Assembly: GCF_006345805.1 (NCBI RefSeq)
Contig: NC_043000.1
Coordinates: forward strand, 95,480,001-95,544,000
DNA length: 64,000 nt
Reading direction: 5' to 3'
Origin: Octopus sinensis
Lineage: Eukaryota
Position numbers and translations under genes: made by a program. Below the pieces are notes generated by a model, which ran no database searches, was not told the DNA's origin, and saw only the letters and a list, made by a program, of their open reading frames with translations. Shown here one piece after another: positions 51,841-64,000 of this stretch. Positions within the stretch are counted from its first letter, which is position 1. The number at the start of each line of letters is the position of its first letter.

Positions 51841-52681
51841 ATATATATGTGATGATTTCTTGTACTAGATGAGACATGTCAAGCTAAGTAAAATCACTGT
51901 TTTCCACATGTACAGACTTGTCCTTTCAGGTGCAAGTGCCACTTAAAAAGCATCAAGACCAGTGCTGCATTAACACACCCAATGCCAGTGCTACATAAAT
52001 TCACTCATGCTGGTAACACATAAAAAGCACCCAGTGCATTCTGTTAAGTGGTTGGCATTAGGAAGGGCATCCAACCATAGAAACCATGCCACAACAGACA
52101 GTTGGACAGAGGACTACTCCCTGCTAGCCAGCTCTATGCCAAACTGTCCAACCCATGCCAGCATGGGAAGTGGGCATTAAACAATGATGATGATATATGT
52201 GGAAATATTACCTTACTTGGAAGCAAGTGAGGGTTAGAAACAAGAATAGAATATCCAGCCATAGATTATCTTCTGCCTTAACAGTTTCCATTTGACCCAT
52301 GTGAGCATGGAAAAGTGGATGCTAAATGATGGTGAAAGATTAGTAGAATCAAAAAAGTGTAAACACTATGCTTTGGAGTTGTTAGCTGTATGATTTGACA
52401 TTTCTGAAGTCAAGTTTCTTTTCATCATTTTAGGTGTGGATAAAATACCAACCAAGTAATGGGTAGGAAATGGAGGTCAATTCAAATTATTGTTTCGTAA
52501 TGGGCTTTTGGTTTGTAGCTGAAACTTCTTCACTTTTATTTCAATCACATTTACTCTTGAGTAAGTCTTGAATGTCACAACATCCATATTTTCCCTTTCT
52601 GATGGAAAATCTGATGTGTACTTAATCAAAAGAAATAGATATCACGTTTTGAACTTTTGACACTTTTGCATAATAGCAACG

Positions 52682-52755
<74 letters not shown>

Positions 52756-52756
52756 A

Positions 52757-52816
<60 letters not shown>

Positions 52817-53527
52817 CACAATTATGCAAAAATGTTGTAAGTCCAAAACGTTGCTTTTTCAGAAAACGAAAAAATAGTTTCATCATTCCATAGAAAAACT
52901 GCTGTACTACACTGACAATTTTTGATACCTTGGCATCTGAAGCAGCTGGAGATACAACAGTTTGACCAAAAGAACCAGCTACTACAAGCAAAAATAAATA
53001 TCGAAATAAATGCATTTGGCCAAATTTGAACATACGACTTTTGAACATAATACCAACAATATATTCTTATTCTTTTTCTTAACAACTTTAGACATTTACC
53101 CACTCATATATTATTTCTTCACACATATGCTTTCCCTTTTGTTCTCTCATTCTGTGTTTTCTATGCATTTTCAGTCGAACCCCTTGCAAGTTAACATGGG
53201 ATCCCTTGACAATAATGTAACCTTCATTTGACTAAGGTATCTGATGAGTAGCTAGCGGAGTACCCATCATTGAATAATTACTACTTCCAAGGTTCTGCTA
53301 GCTATGAAGCATATGTAGCCTGAATTTTACTTTCTCTATTTCCTAAATTTGGATTTTTATTCACATACACAGCAACCCCAGTTACTAACTGTGAACTTTT
53401 TTCAACTTATCAGACTTCAATATGGGAAAAATTTACAACCTTTTATGTCAATAAACTACTATTGTTCCTGAAAGTTGTTTTTTATAGCTTCTACAGACTG
53501 TTTGAAACTTACCAATTTCCAATTTTA

Positions 53528-53565
<38 letters not shown>

Positions 53566-53568
53566 TAT

Positions 53569-55395
53569 ATGAGAGAGAATCGTGATGTGGTAGGAGAGAA
53601 ATGTGTTCGCATGGATGATGGTTCACTTGCGCTAAATGAGGATGCAAAGAGAGAGGTTTGGAGATGCCACTATGAAAGGTTGCTCAACAAAGAAAATGAA
53701 TGGGATAAAGAGAGTCTGCCGAATGTCAACCCAACAGAGGGACCAGCTATCCGAGTTGACAGTTCCTTGGTAGTTAAGGCAATTAGAAGCATGAAGACAG
53801 GGAAAGCCCCAGGCCCATCAGGAATTACTGCAGAGATGCTCAAAATATCTGGCAGTGTCGGCTATAGCCTAGTCACCCATATAGTTAACCAGGTGATACA
53901 CAAAGGAGTCATACCCAATGACTGGTGTAGTACCATAATAGTCAACTGCTACAAAGGTAAAGGTGATGCCGTAGATACAAGTAATTACAGAGGTATCAAG
54001 CTGTTGGATCAGGTAATGAAGGTTACGGAAAGGGTCATAGCCCAACTGAATAGGGAGAGAGTCAACTTGGACGAGATGCAGTTTGGTTTTGTGCCAGGGA
54101 AAAGCACCACTGATGCCATATTTCTGGTGAGACAGCTGCAGGAGAAATACCTAGCCAAAAATAAACCTCTGTACCTAGCTTTCGTTGACTTGGAGAAAGC
54201 CTTTGACAGGGTCCCCCGATCCCTTATCTGGTGGTCAATGAGGAAACTAGGGATACATCAATGGTTAGTGAGAGCTGTGCAAGCCATGTACAGGGACGCT
54301 GTTAGTAAGGTGAGGGTTGGCAACGAGTACAGTGAAGAATTCCTGGTAGAGGTTGGGGTCCACCAAGGCTCAGTCCTCAGCCCCCTCCTATTTATCATAG
54401 TCCTCCATGCAATAACGGAGGAATTCAAGACAGGATGCCCGTGGGAGCTTCTCTATGCTGATGACCTTGCTCTAATTGCTGAGTCACTATCAGAACTGGA
54501 GGAGCAGTTTCAGACGTGGAAGCAAGGATTAGAATCGAAGGGCCTTAGAATCAACCTAGCTAAAACCAAAGTCCTAATAAGTAGGAAGGTAGACAAATCA
54601 CAAACGCCTTCAGGTAGATGGCCCCGCTCAATCTGTAGCAAAGGCGTAGGTAGGAACTCTATAAGATGCACGAAGTGTAAGCTATGGACACATAAGAGGT
54701 GCAGCAATGTCAAAGGAAGGCTAACTAGGAAGATAGTTTTTGTATGTGGCAGATGCTCTGGTGCAATAAACACTGAAAATGCGCAGAGACCATCTTCTGC
54801 CACATTCCAGCGAGAAAAACTAGAAATAGTTGATAGTTTCCGTTACCTAGGTGATCAAGTCAGCAGCGGGGGCGGGTGTGCTGAAAGTGTAACTGCTAGA
54901 GTAAGAATAGCCTGGGCAAAGTTCAGAGAGCTCTTACCTCTGCTGGTGACAAAAGGCCTCTCGCTCAGAGTAAAAGGCAGACTGTATGACGCATGTGTAC
55001 GAACAGCCATGCTACATGGCAGTGAAACATGGGCCGTGACTGCTAAGGATATGCGTAAGCTTGCAAGAAATGAAGCCAGTATGCTCCGATGGATGTGTAA
55101 TGTCAGTGTTCATACCCGACAGAGTGTAAGTGCCTTGAGAGAAAAGTTAGACCTAAGAAGCATCAGATGTGGTGTGCAAGAGAGACGTCTACACTGGTAT
55201 GGACACGTGGTAAGAATGGATGAAGATAGTTGTGTGAAAATGTGCCACACCCTAGCGGTTGAGGGAACCTGTGGAAGAGGTAGACCCAGGAAAACCTGGG
55301 ACGAGGTGGTGAAGCACAACCTTCACTCTTTAGGTCTCACCGAGGAAATGACCAGAGACCGAGACCTTTGGAAGTATGCTGTGCAGGACAAGTGA
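53569..55395 (+). CDS. RTE-clade LINE ORF2, 5'-truncated: RT domain with a PHD-like zinc finger
   Basis: 608-aa uninterrupted ORF: KAPGPSGI, YRGIKLL, QFGFVPG, FVDLEKAFDRV, HQGSVLSPLLF, LLYADDL, FRYLG, RLHWYGHV, RGRPRKTW. Confidence 0.93.
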   Translation: MRENRDVVGEKCVRMDDGSLALNEDAKREVWRCHYERLLNKENEWDKESLPNVNPTEGPAIRVDSSLVVKAIRSMKTGKAPGPSGITAEMLKISGSVGYSLVTHIVNQVIHKGVIPNDWCSTIIVNCYKGKGDAVDTSNYRGIKLLDQVMKVTERVIAQLNRERVNLDEMQFGFVPGKSTTDAIFLVRQLQEKYLAKNKPLYLAFVDLEKAFDRVPRSLIWWSMRKLGIHQWLVRAVQAMYRDAVSKVRVGNEYSEEFLVEVGVHQGSVLSPLLFIIVLHAITEEFKTGCPWELLYADDLALIAESLSELEEQFQTWKQGLESKGLRINLAKTKVLISRKVDKSQTPSGRWPRSICSKGVGRNSIRCTKCKLWTHKRCSNVKGRLTRKIVFVCGRCSGAINTENAQRPSSATFQREKLEIVDSFRYLGDQVSSGGGCAESVTARVRIAWAKFRELLPLLVTKGLSLRVKGRLYDACVRTAMLHGSETWAVTAKDMRKLARNEASMLRWMCNVSVHTRQSVSALREKLDLRSIRCGVQERRLHWYGHVVRMDEDSCVKMCHTLAVEGTCGRGRPRKTWDEVVKHNLHSLGLTEEMTRDRDLWKYAVQDK

Positions 55396-55930
55396 GGCCA
55401 TAACCCATAGCCTCTACTTGGGACGTAGTCAGTCCACCTGTACATACCTTCCCTCTTGGGACACATAACTCTACTTGTGAAGACCTGTTGAGGCAAGTGA
55501 AAATCAAAATCGAAATCGATCAACATCAATGGAATTTGTAGTTGTGATACCAGTGCCGGTGGCATGTAAGAGAACCATCCGAACGTGGTCGTAGCCAGCG
55601 CTGCATTGACTGGCCTCCGTGTCGGTGGCACGTAACAAACACCATCCGATCGTGGCCGTTGCCAGCCTCGCCTGGCCTCCGTGCCGATGGCACGTAAAAA
55701 GCACCATCCAAGCGTGGCCGTTCACCAGCCTCGTCTGGCACCTGTGTCGGTGGCACATAAAAAGCACCCACTACACTCACGGACTGGTTGGCGTTAGGAA
55801 GGGCATCCAGCTGTAGAAACACTGCCAGATCTGACTGACCTGGTGCAGCCTTCGGGCTTCCCAGACCCCAGTTGAACCGTCCAACCCATGCTAGCATAGA
55901 AAGCGGACGTTAAACGATGATGATGATGAT
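53569..55930 (+). mobile_element. Young 5'-truncated RTE LINE with repeat-containing 3' UTR and (GAT)n tail
   Basis: ORF followed by a 3' UTR ending taaacgatgatgatgatgat. Confidence 0.92.
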
Positions 55931-56455
55931 AAATCAAATCAAAATCAAATTCGATGACTGGCGTCTGTACTAGCAGGGTGCAAAGAGCACCAAACGAGTG
56001 TGATCATTGACAGAGCGGCTAACCAACTTCAGTGCCAGTAGCACTTAAAAGGCTCCATTTGAGCGTGATTGTTACCACCGTCACCTTACTGGCACTCGAG
56101 CCCCATGCTAGTAGGGTATTAAGAGCACCATCCAAGCGTGATCGTTGCCAGAGTGGCTCTCTGGCCTCTGTGCCAGTGGCACATAAAAGACACCATTCAA
56201 GCATGATCGTTACCAGCATCGCCTTACTGGCACCTGTGCCAGTGCCATGTGTAAAAGATTCGAGCGAGGTCGTTGCCAGTACTGCCGGTGGCATGTAAAA
56301 GCACCCACTACACTCTCAGAGTTGTTGGCATTAGGAAGGGCATCCAGCTGTAGAAACTCTGCCAGATCAAGATTGAAGCCTGGTGCACCATCTGGTTCGC
56401 CAGCCCTCAGTCATTCGTCCATGGAAAGCGGACGTTAAATGATGATGATGATGAT
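55931..56455 (+). mobile_element. Second, older RTE 3'-UTR fragment in tandem
   Basis: Same terminal motif (ttaggaagggcatccagctgtagaaac...gcggacgttaaatgatgat). Confidence 0.8.
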
Positions 56456-57699
56456 AATATACATATATATATGTGTGTAGAAGAACAAACAAGATAAACA
56501 AACATAGAAGAACAAACAAGATAACACAACAATGCAAGGATATGGTACAAGTACTGTTTTATCAGACGCTCAGGAAAGGAAAGAAAGAGGATTTTACGTT
56601 TTAAGCAATAGAAGAAAGTCCAAAAGAAGGGAAGATGGAGGAAGAAAATTGCCAACAATACACACGTGGTTACATTTAGAAATGACCGGAAGGGAATGGA
56701 TGAAGAAAAAATCCTTTCTAAGACAGGAGAGTGCAAGACAAGGAGGTATGTGTGGGTATGTGTGTGTGTGCAAGTCTCTGTGTGTGTATGTGTAATAATA
56801 GCACATGTATGTGCATATGTGTGTGTGTGGTTTTGATATATATATATATATATATCCCTCATTTTCTCTCTAGCTCATTCTTCCTTGCTCTCAGACAAGG
56901 TCAAGAAACTGTAATGTTACATTCTTCACTCCTCATAGCACCAGAACTTTAAAATATCTGTTTCTCTTAATTCTCCCTGTCTATGAAGCATCTTTAATAT
57001 CAAATGGAACAATTCCATTTCATTTATTCGTTGAACCTGTAATTTCTAGCAGTAAACAATAACCAAGAAAAGGATGGTTTCTATCTGGCTTGTTTTATAA
57101 AGCTTTGGGTATTAATCCAATTTATTGTAGCAAACTTACATAAATTTTCAGTTCCTGATGAAAACATAAATAACAAAAGAAAAGGACTGTAAATCCATGG
57201 AGAAGAAAGAAGAAACATATTTAACCTCTTTTTTTACCATTTCATCATCATCGTTTAAACGTCCGTTCTCCATGCTAGCATGTGTTGGACAAAAGTTAGA
57301 GTGCATGAAATTCTCTTTTATATTATGAAGTGGTGTCTTCATCTTGGTTGTTTCAACTGTGTATGCTCCAGCCTTCTTCGGGTGTCTTGTGATTCACCTT
57401 AGTGCCTTACATGAGATTGAAATCAGAACCTCTAAGTAACCGCACTACATTAACTAGCAGCTTTAGCCACTATGCTATGCCCTTAGGCAATGTTACAGTG
57501 AATTTTTGAGGCTTATAAACCTCTGTTGACATCTTATGTCAGCTCCAGAAAAGCAGCTACCAAGATGAGGACACTACTCCATCTAATACATAATATAAAA
57601 ATTTCTCAGAAATACAGGATTGTATTCTCTGCTTCTGTTTCAATTAATTGTGAAAATAACGAAGAATTTACAAAAATAATTTTATCATTATTAGGCCGG

Positions 57700-58600
57700 T
57701 ATTTGGATTCCTTTACTATGTCAGTTGGTGGAGCCCAACCACAACTTGTCAATCTTGGACAAGAGAAAATTGAGTACGTTAATAAGTTTACATATTTTGG
57801 AAGTTGTATTTCAAAGGATGATGCAGAGGTTGAAGTCAAGGCCAGGATAGGTAAAGCAACTTCAGTTTTCCAATGTCTTCATTCAATATGGATATCGAAG
57901 ACAATTAGTAAGAAGATAAAGCTGCATCTATACTCATCTATTGCTGTAAAAGGTAAAGACACCTTTGATCATGAATGACCATGGGATTGCACCTAGAAAG
58001 TTCCCCTCCAAGGCACAAGTCCAAGCAAAGTTGTTTATGGAAAGCCAGCAGTTGCCCATGCATACCAGCTGCCCCTCTCTATGCCATCAATGTTATCCAA
58101 GGGAAAGGCAAAGGCTGACGCAGCTTGGCACCAGTGATGCCGCAACACATTTCTATAGGTGAGTGAACTAGAGTAATGTGAAATAAAGTGTCTTGCTCAA
58201 GAACACAACACACAGCCCAGTCCAGGAATCGAACTCACTACCTCATGATTGTGATCCCAGTGCTCAAAACCTAGAAGAAGATTGAAAATCTCTCATTTGC
58301 TGGATGTGTCCCATCAAAGCTGCCTATGTTCACTCCTAGGCATCTCTTACCAGGACAGAGACAAAAATGTAGGGGCGATGAGAAGAGCTGGCAGGCAAGT
58401 TTGCAAGACATGGTGACTAAGTAGCAGATATGATTTACTGGCCATGTGTTTTGATTACCACAGAAGAGACATGTATCCATCATGATGGAGTAGACACCAG
58501 AAGGATGAAAAAAAAAAACAAATGGAAGACCAAGTAAGTAGTGGTGCAGTACATTCCAGGACAACAAAATAGTGATGGGAATCAGCCTGAGTGGAGCAAA
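57700..58600 (+). mobile_element. RTE relic interrupted by a SINE (57950-58270, - strand)
   Basis: YVNKFTYFGSCIS...EVKARIGKATSVF before the SINE; GHVF*LP...TPEG..NGRP after it. Confidence 0.72.
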
Positions 58601-58816
58601 AAGGGAAACGAACAATTGGGATGTTTGATGAAAGCCTGTTTACATTGTGCTAACAGTACTGGAGGATTTAAACACTAAGAGCTAAGAATTGTCTTCATGG
58701 TCTGTTAACATTCTGGAAATGTGTATGTAATTTCAGATATTTTCATATTTTATATTTCGTTTTTGGATTTAGTTTGCAAGATTCTTTATATGAGTTTGTG
58801 TGTTGAAACATATTCT

Positions 58817-59096
58817 GTTGTGTCTAGGGAGTCATTTTCTATTTGTGCCTTATAATGTAACACACTCACCGGTGAAATTTCCACTTATTTCTTATTTTTA
58901 ATTTCCTAAAATTTTCATTGCATCTTGCAACTTTTTCAATAGTCTTGACTCTTGAAAAGGTTGCAAGACTATTGAAAAGGTTGCAAGATGCAACAAAAAT
59001 TTTAGGAAAATAAAAATAAGAAATAAGTGGAAATTTCACCGGTGAGTGTGTTACATTATAAGGCACAAAAAGAAAATGACTCTCCCCAGACACAAC
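58817..59096. repeat. ~280-bp fold-back palindrome with a duplicated centre
   Basis: Arms of ~130 bp; the spacer actcttgaaaaggttg is a partial copy of the right arm. Confidence 0.93.
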
Positions 59097-60725
59097 ACTC
59101 ATATTTTATATCTTGCATTTGCATGTAGCCAATTGTTATCTGTATCTTCTGTTCTGTGATGTTACTGGAGAGAAAGGATAGTGGATTTCTATGGTAGACC
59201 TGCTTCAGTAAAAAGCCCCAGGGTTGTCAAATGACTGCAACAAACACTATGTGTTATGGTACACACGAATGAACAAATAAGTAAACCAACTGATTAATTC
59301 ATTTTTTCTTCTTTAATTCAATATATAGTTTTTTATTATTTACAATGGTTAGGATGTGGTTTAAGTGAGATTCTGATATTTCAAGAAAATCAAGCAACCA
59401 CATAGAAGCTCTCTCATAAGCCTGTACAGTGTCTTTATCGGTAAATGTGGTGTTAATGAACTCTTGAACAGAAATTCTACCATGTTTTTTGGGGTCTTTT
59501 TTTTTTGGTATTTGTGAAATTGTTTTTATAGTTGTTGTTGTTATATAGCCCCATATCAGATCAAGTAGACATACTGATAATAAAACAGCCTGGTCATGAC
59601 AGTTTGTATATCAGAGACTACATTATCTAATGTGTCTTTCCTTCTTTTAAGACAGTAAGGTGTGATTTGAGGGATTTAGCTGTTACTTCTAGCAGGTAAA
59701 ACAAACTCATATACAAACTCTTTTTGTTGATTTGAAAGTGTTTTTATTTTGTTGTTTGATTTATAATGATGATGGTGGTGGTGGTGGTGGTGGTGGTGGT
59801 GTGCTATTATGATAATGATGATAATGATGACTTTAAATGACTAGAAAAGCATTGAAAGATTGTTATGGGTTAGTGCTTATTCAGTGTGTGATTTCAGAAG
59901 TTATTGTATTAAGATTTATGACATACAAGTCTATGTGTGTGTATGTCTGTCTGTATGTGTGCCTGTCTGTATGTCTGTGTGTATGTACGTGTGTGTGTGT
60001 GTGTGTGCGTGCGAGTACGTGTGTGTTGGTTATGGAATTTAGTTGTGATACAATTGTGACACCTCCCATATTATTTGTATTGTTTTTGTTCCAGGATGTG
60101 CTGTATGCAGTGAATATCTCCAAATGTTCTTGCACACCTTAGTTTTACTACTGTTTACAGACATGAGTTCTACCACCCTTTTTTTTTTGTTTGTTTTTTA
60201 GCCCCAGGTCAGTCCCAATCAAATACACCAATAATCAAAGAGGTAGCCAGAAATGGTCATCCCATCTTTTTCCAGACACAGTGTCTGCAAGAGTACATTA
60301 TTTTATGCATTCTCCTATTCCTTTTTTAAAAGACAGTAAGGTATGACTGAAGGAAATTTGGACACATTTTATTGCAAGTAGAGAAACCAGATTTTTGTTA
60401 CTTGTTTCTTTTGTTTTTTGTTTGAACATTTGCCCTTTTTTTAAGTTATAAAAAGAAGGCATTGAAGACAACACTTGATAAAAAAAAAATTTCAACAGCT
60501 TTCTCTTTATGATTCCAAGATGAAAAGACAAAAAGAAAAAGAGAAGAATAATGATACCAAACCATGTCATTACCACCCCAAAAATCAAAGTTTGAATCCA
60601 CATAAAATGTATGTAGGGCAAGTTTTTTATTTTATCACACCGGAGTAAAGAAATAAAAATAGATCCTTCTTTATCAACCAAATCAAAACACACACACACA
60701 CAAATGTGTGTGTTTGTAAATATAT

Positions 60726-60784
<59 letters not shown>

Positions 60785-61189
60785 ACTCCCCCGTCAAAGA
60801 CAACATACAAGTGTTCAGCTTTGCCAACCAACCTACATGAATGATTTGTTTATAATGATCAAATGTTCATGCCACACATTAGCTCACTCTCTCCATCAAA
60901 TTGACATTCTCTGAACAGGTGCATCTCATCTTTTGCCAGACATAGTGTCTGCAAGGGTATATTATTTTATGCATTCTCCTATTCATTCTTTAAACAACAG
61001 TAAGGTATGACTAAAGGAAATTTGAACACTTTTTATTGCAAGTACCACATGTTCTGGTGTCAAAGTGATCACAATGCAACATGAGATGAAGTGTTCTGCT
61101 CAAGAACACAACACACCACCTACTCTAAGAATTGAAACCACAATCTTACGATCATGTGTGCAACATCCTATATATATACATATATATAC

Positions 61190-61235
<46 letters not shown>

Positions 61236-62025
61236 TATATAATTTTTGTATTTGGTTTGCATGACTCTTGATGTGAAGTCATATGCAGAAATAAATTTTT
61301 CTTGGGAGGGTCACTATGCCAATGAGAAAGACACGTCAGATTCTTTTTAACTAGCTATTCATTTAACCAATTAACTAATGAATTGACTGACATTGAGGAG
61401 GTCATAAGTGGTGATAAAAGGATTCTGATAAAGCTAGCTGACTGATTGATTGACCAAACAAGTAATCAAACAGTCGATGACTAACTGGTTAAATGGTTAA
61501 CTAGCTGACTAATTATATTAAAGAAGTGAAACAGAATCTGTGCATGTGTTTCTTATTGGCATAATGACCCTCTCAAGAATCAACGACACATATATATATA
61601 TACATAAATACAAAGTATTTCAAGTGCCATGAGTTTCATGCATGCCACTGAATTGGATAGGTGCTATACACATAAATCTCAGCCCTTGAATTACTTTGTA
61701 ATTTCTGCTGATTAAAAATAATATATACAATATATTATATTTGTTTGACAAAAATTGTTCAAGACGGTGCCCCTGCATGTCTGCAATCTAATGACTGAAA
61801 CAAGTAAAATACAAAAGATAAAAGGTGTGTGTGTGTGTGTGTGCACTAGTGTGACTGTGTTGTTGAGAAGTTTGCTTCCTAACCACATGGTTCAGGGTTC
61901 AGTCCCACTTCATGGCACCTTAGACAAGTGACTTTCACTGTATCCCTAACTCAAGCAAAGCCTTGTGAGTGAATTTGATGGATAGAAACTGAAAAAAGTC
62001 TATTGTATATAAGTATTTATATATA

Positions 62026-62420
62026 TACTAGTAGTATCGCCCAGTGTTGCTTGGGTTTGTTTTGACCCTTTAGAATTGGAATTTTTGAAAAGTAAAAATG
62101 TTGCATTATGTAGCTTGTTATTCTCTTTAAGTGAACATTTTTCTGGTTGAAATACGCTGAAAAATGGCGACACAGCAGTAAAAAAAAATCGTAAAAAATA
62201 GAGATTTTCATTAAAAAAAAGCACCTTTTTGATGTAAATAATTTTTGGTCTTAACACGGTCCAATTTGAATTTTATCTTCAACGGAATGAAGAGCAAGCC
62301 TTCTTCTATCATACTCTCAATTTTAGTCAACTTGCAACGCAGGGTCTTGGAGGAGATGGTGTTAGTTGAAGGCTACCAAACCTGCCATTCACAGACAACT
62401 TCAGCTTTATATATATAAAG
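62026..62420 (+). mobile_element. Helitron/DINE-like non-autonomous element
   Basis: Starts tactagtagtatcgcccagtgttgcttggg and ends acagacaacttcagctttatatatataaag; family assigned from recalled terminal motifs. Confidence 0.6.
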
Positions 62421-62573
62421 TTACAGGTTGTGAGTCCAATGAACTATCTATCCAATATGCTGCTAGTAGAATACCCAATTATTAATACACAAGTGTTTTT
62501 TATTGCATTGTAATTATATTACCAAGTGTACTAAATGGGTGAAGGTAAAGAGATATTTTACCATTAATTTATA

Positions 62574-62734
62574 GAGCAATAAGAAAATGGGGGTGTCAAT
62601 ATGTGGTTCATCAACTTTTAGACATTATATTATGTTGACTTATTTATTTAAATAAATAAATAAATAAGTTGACATAATATAATGTCTAAAAGTTGATGAA
62701 CCACCTATTGACCCCCTCCATTTTCTTATTGCTC
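62574..62734. repeat. ~160-bp fold-back palindrome
   Basis: gagcaataagaaaatggggg... / ...ccctccattttcttattgctc around a (TTTA)/(AAAT) centre. Confidence 0.92.
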
Positions 62735-64000
62735 TGTGTGTGTGTGAATATGTATATGTTTGTATCTTTTCTTGACATCATGTGATGGCTGTACACAAAG
62801 TGTCATTCATTTCCAATATTCTGCAAAAACATGTCTGGCCATGGAGAAATATTAACTTGCATGGAGACAGGTGAGGGTTAGCAACAGAAAGGACAGCCAA
62901 CTAAACTCCGTCCAACCCACACAAACATGGAAAACTGGATGGTATAATGATAGATAGCCAGACAGACAGATAGATAGATATGCATATATACATGCACACA
63001 CACATTTGTACACATCACCCCCTTAAGGAAAGTTTTACAGGGGAAATAATCATTTCTTCATAATATCTAGTGTGATTAGAATTTTTAATTTGAAATTAAT
63101 GAATTATATGAAAACAGATGCATTGAATTCATATAATTGTTTTTTTTTTTTGTTAATTTATTATGAAATTCTTAAATTTTTAGTCAGTGGTAATCATGTA
63201 TATCACTATTTCATTCTTTTTAGAAATGATCAGCATGATATAACCTTGAGTATATATATATATATATATATATATAATTTAATACAATGTTTTTATGTAC
63301 TATTAGTTTCATGCGCTGAGAGTATGCCAGACACTATTTCTTAACATGTTTGGTTTCCTAGTACAATCTTCAGGCACAGACATGTTAAAAAATACTGTCT
63401 TTAATGTATAGTAGCACATAAAAATATAGATTGTGTGTATTAAATAATAATTTATCTCTCACCAGATGGAGTGCTTTTTTGTTGATCTTGCCACCATTGA
63501 ACAGTACACTATATATAAAGGAATATGAACACATATCAGTGTGAAAGAAAGCAATCCACAATGTTTTATCTGAGCTATCATTTCAATGCTCAGTAATAAC
63601 CAAACATTATTGGAATACTACAGTGGCAACAATATGCTCTACTAAAAAAGTATGTATGAAACAGGCAGGGAGGGATTGTCCACATTACTATATATGTAAA
63701 AGAAATGCCTATTTATTTCTTAGTCTCAGTCAATGAACAAAGTATATGCTGGGGCACAGCCTTCAAGTGTTCTAGATAATTATACCAATCCCAATACTTT
63801 GGTGCTTATTTTACCATCTTTATCAAATAAAAAAAAATCTAACTAATTGTTAAAGGGACCAACTGTGATGGAACCAAATACTGCTTAGAGAGAGTTCTTC
63901 ACAGTTTTCATCAGCCATATTTCACACATAAGGATTCAGTTGATACAAGACCATGATAGAAGATAAATGCTCAAAGACTGCACAGTGAAATCAGTCAAGA

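Noticed and set aside
52626-53048. ORF with a signal-peptide-like MHLFRYLFLLVVAGSFG
   Set aside because: It runs into a (TG)n array and the hydrophobic stretch coincides with a possible polypyrimidine tract. Only the internal micro-exon is kept as a weak candidate.
58775-58832. GAAAC-stem III-GUC with a plausible stem I
   Set aside because: The core has only UAUGA (two nucleotides missing) and stem II does not form.
60261-61045. ~120-bp duplication at 60261-60380 and 60927-61045
   Set aside because: A related sequence at ~59620-59700 indicates an ordinary interspersed repeat rather than a specific local structure.

Overview
AT-rich, microsatellite-saturated animal genomic DNA. The SINE families and repeat landscape resemble an octopus genome; this is my inference and was not checked against a database. 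I could not identify a host protein-coding gene. Almost all computed ORFs are microsatellite translations or transposon remnants. Recognisable elements: a Penelope-like element (PLE; RT + GIY-YIG, 463-2104) and a second PLE fragment, two related Tc1 (DD34E-type) copies, a Tc1 fragment with D-36-E spacing, a mariner relic, R4/Dong elements sitting in (TAA)n arrays, a Tx1/L1-type relic, several RTE LINEs (one with a 608-aa open RT ORF), four tRNA-headed SINE families, MITEs and Helitron-like non-autonomous elements. The main result is eight type I hammerhead-ribozyme motifs from six unrelated sequence contexts (2065, 7097, 12764, 13299/14905, 34404/34649, 42287). I folded them by eye and all predict cleavage after GUA. 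They include a U3-A8 compensatory core variant at the PLE 3' end and mirror-image pairs inside fold-back palindromes, the largest about 1.8 kb. Together with many other fold-back inversions, this suggests a diverse population of hammerhead-bearing, mostly non-coding PLE-derived or retrozyme-like elements. Ribozyme activity and transcription are untested.
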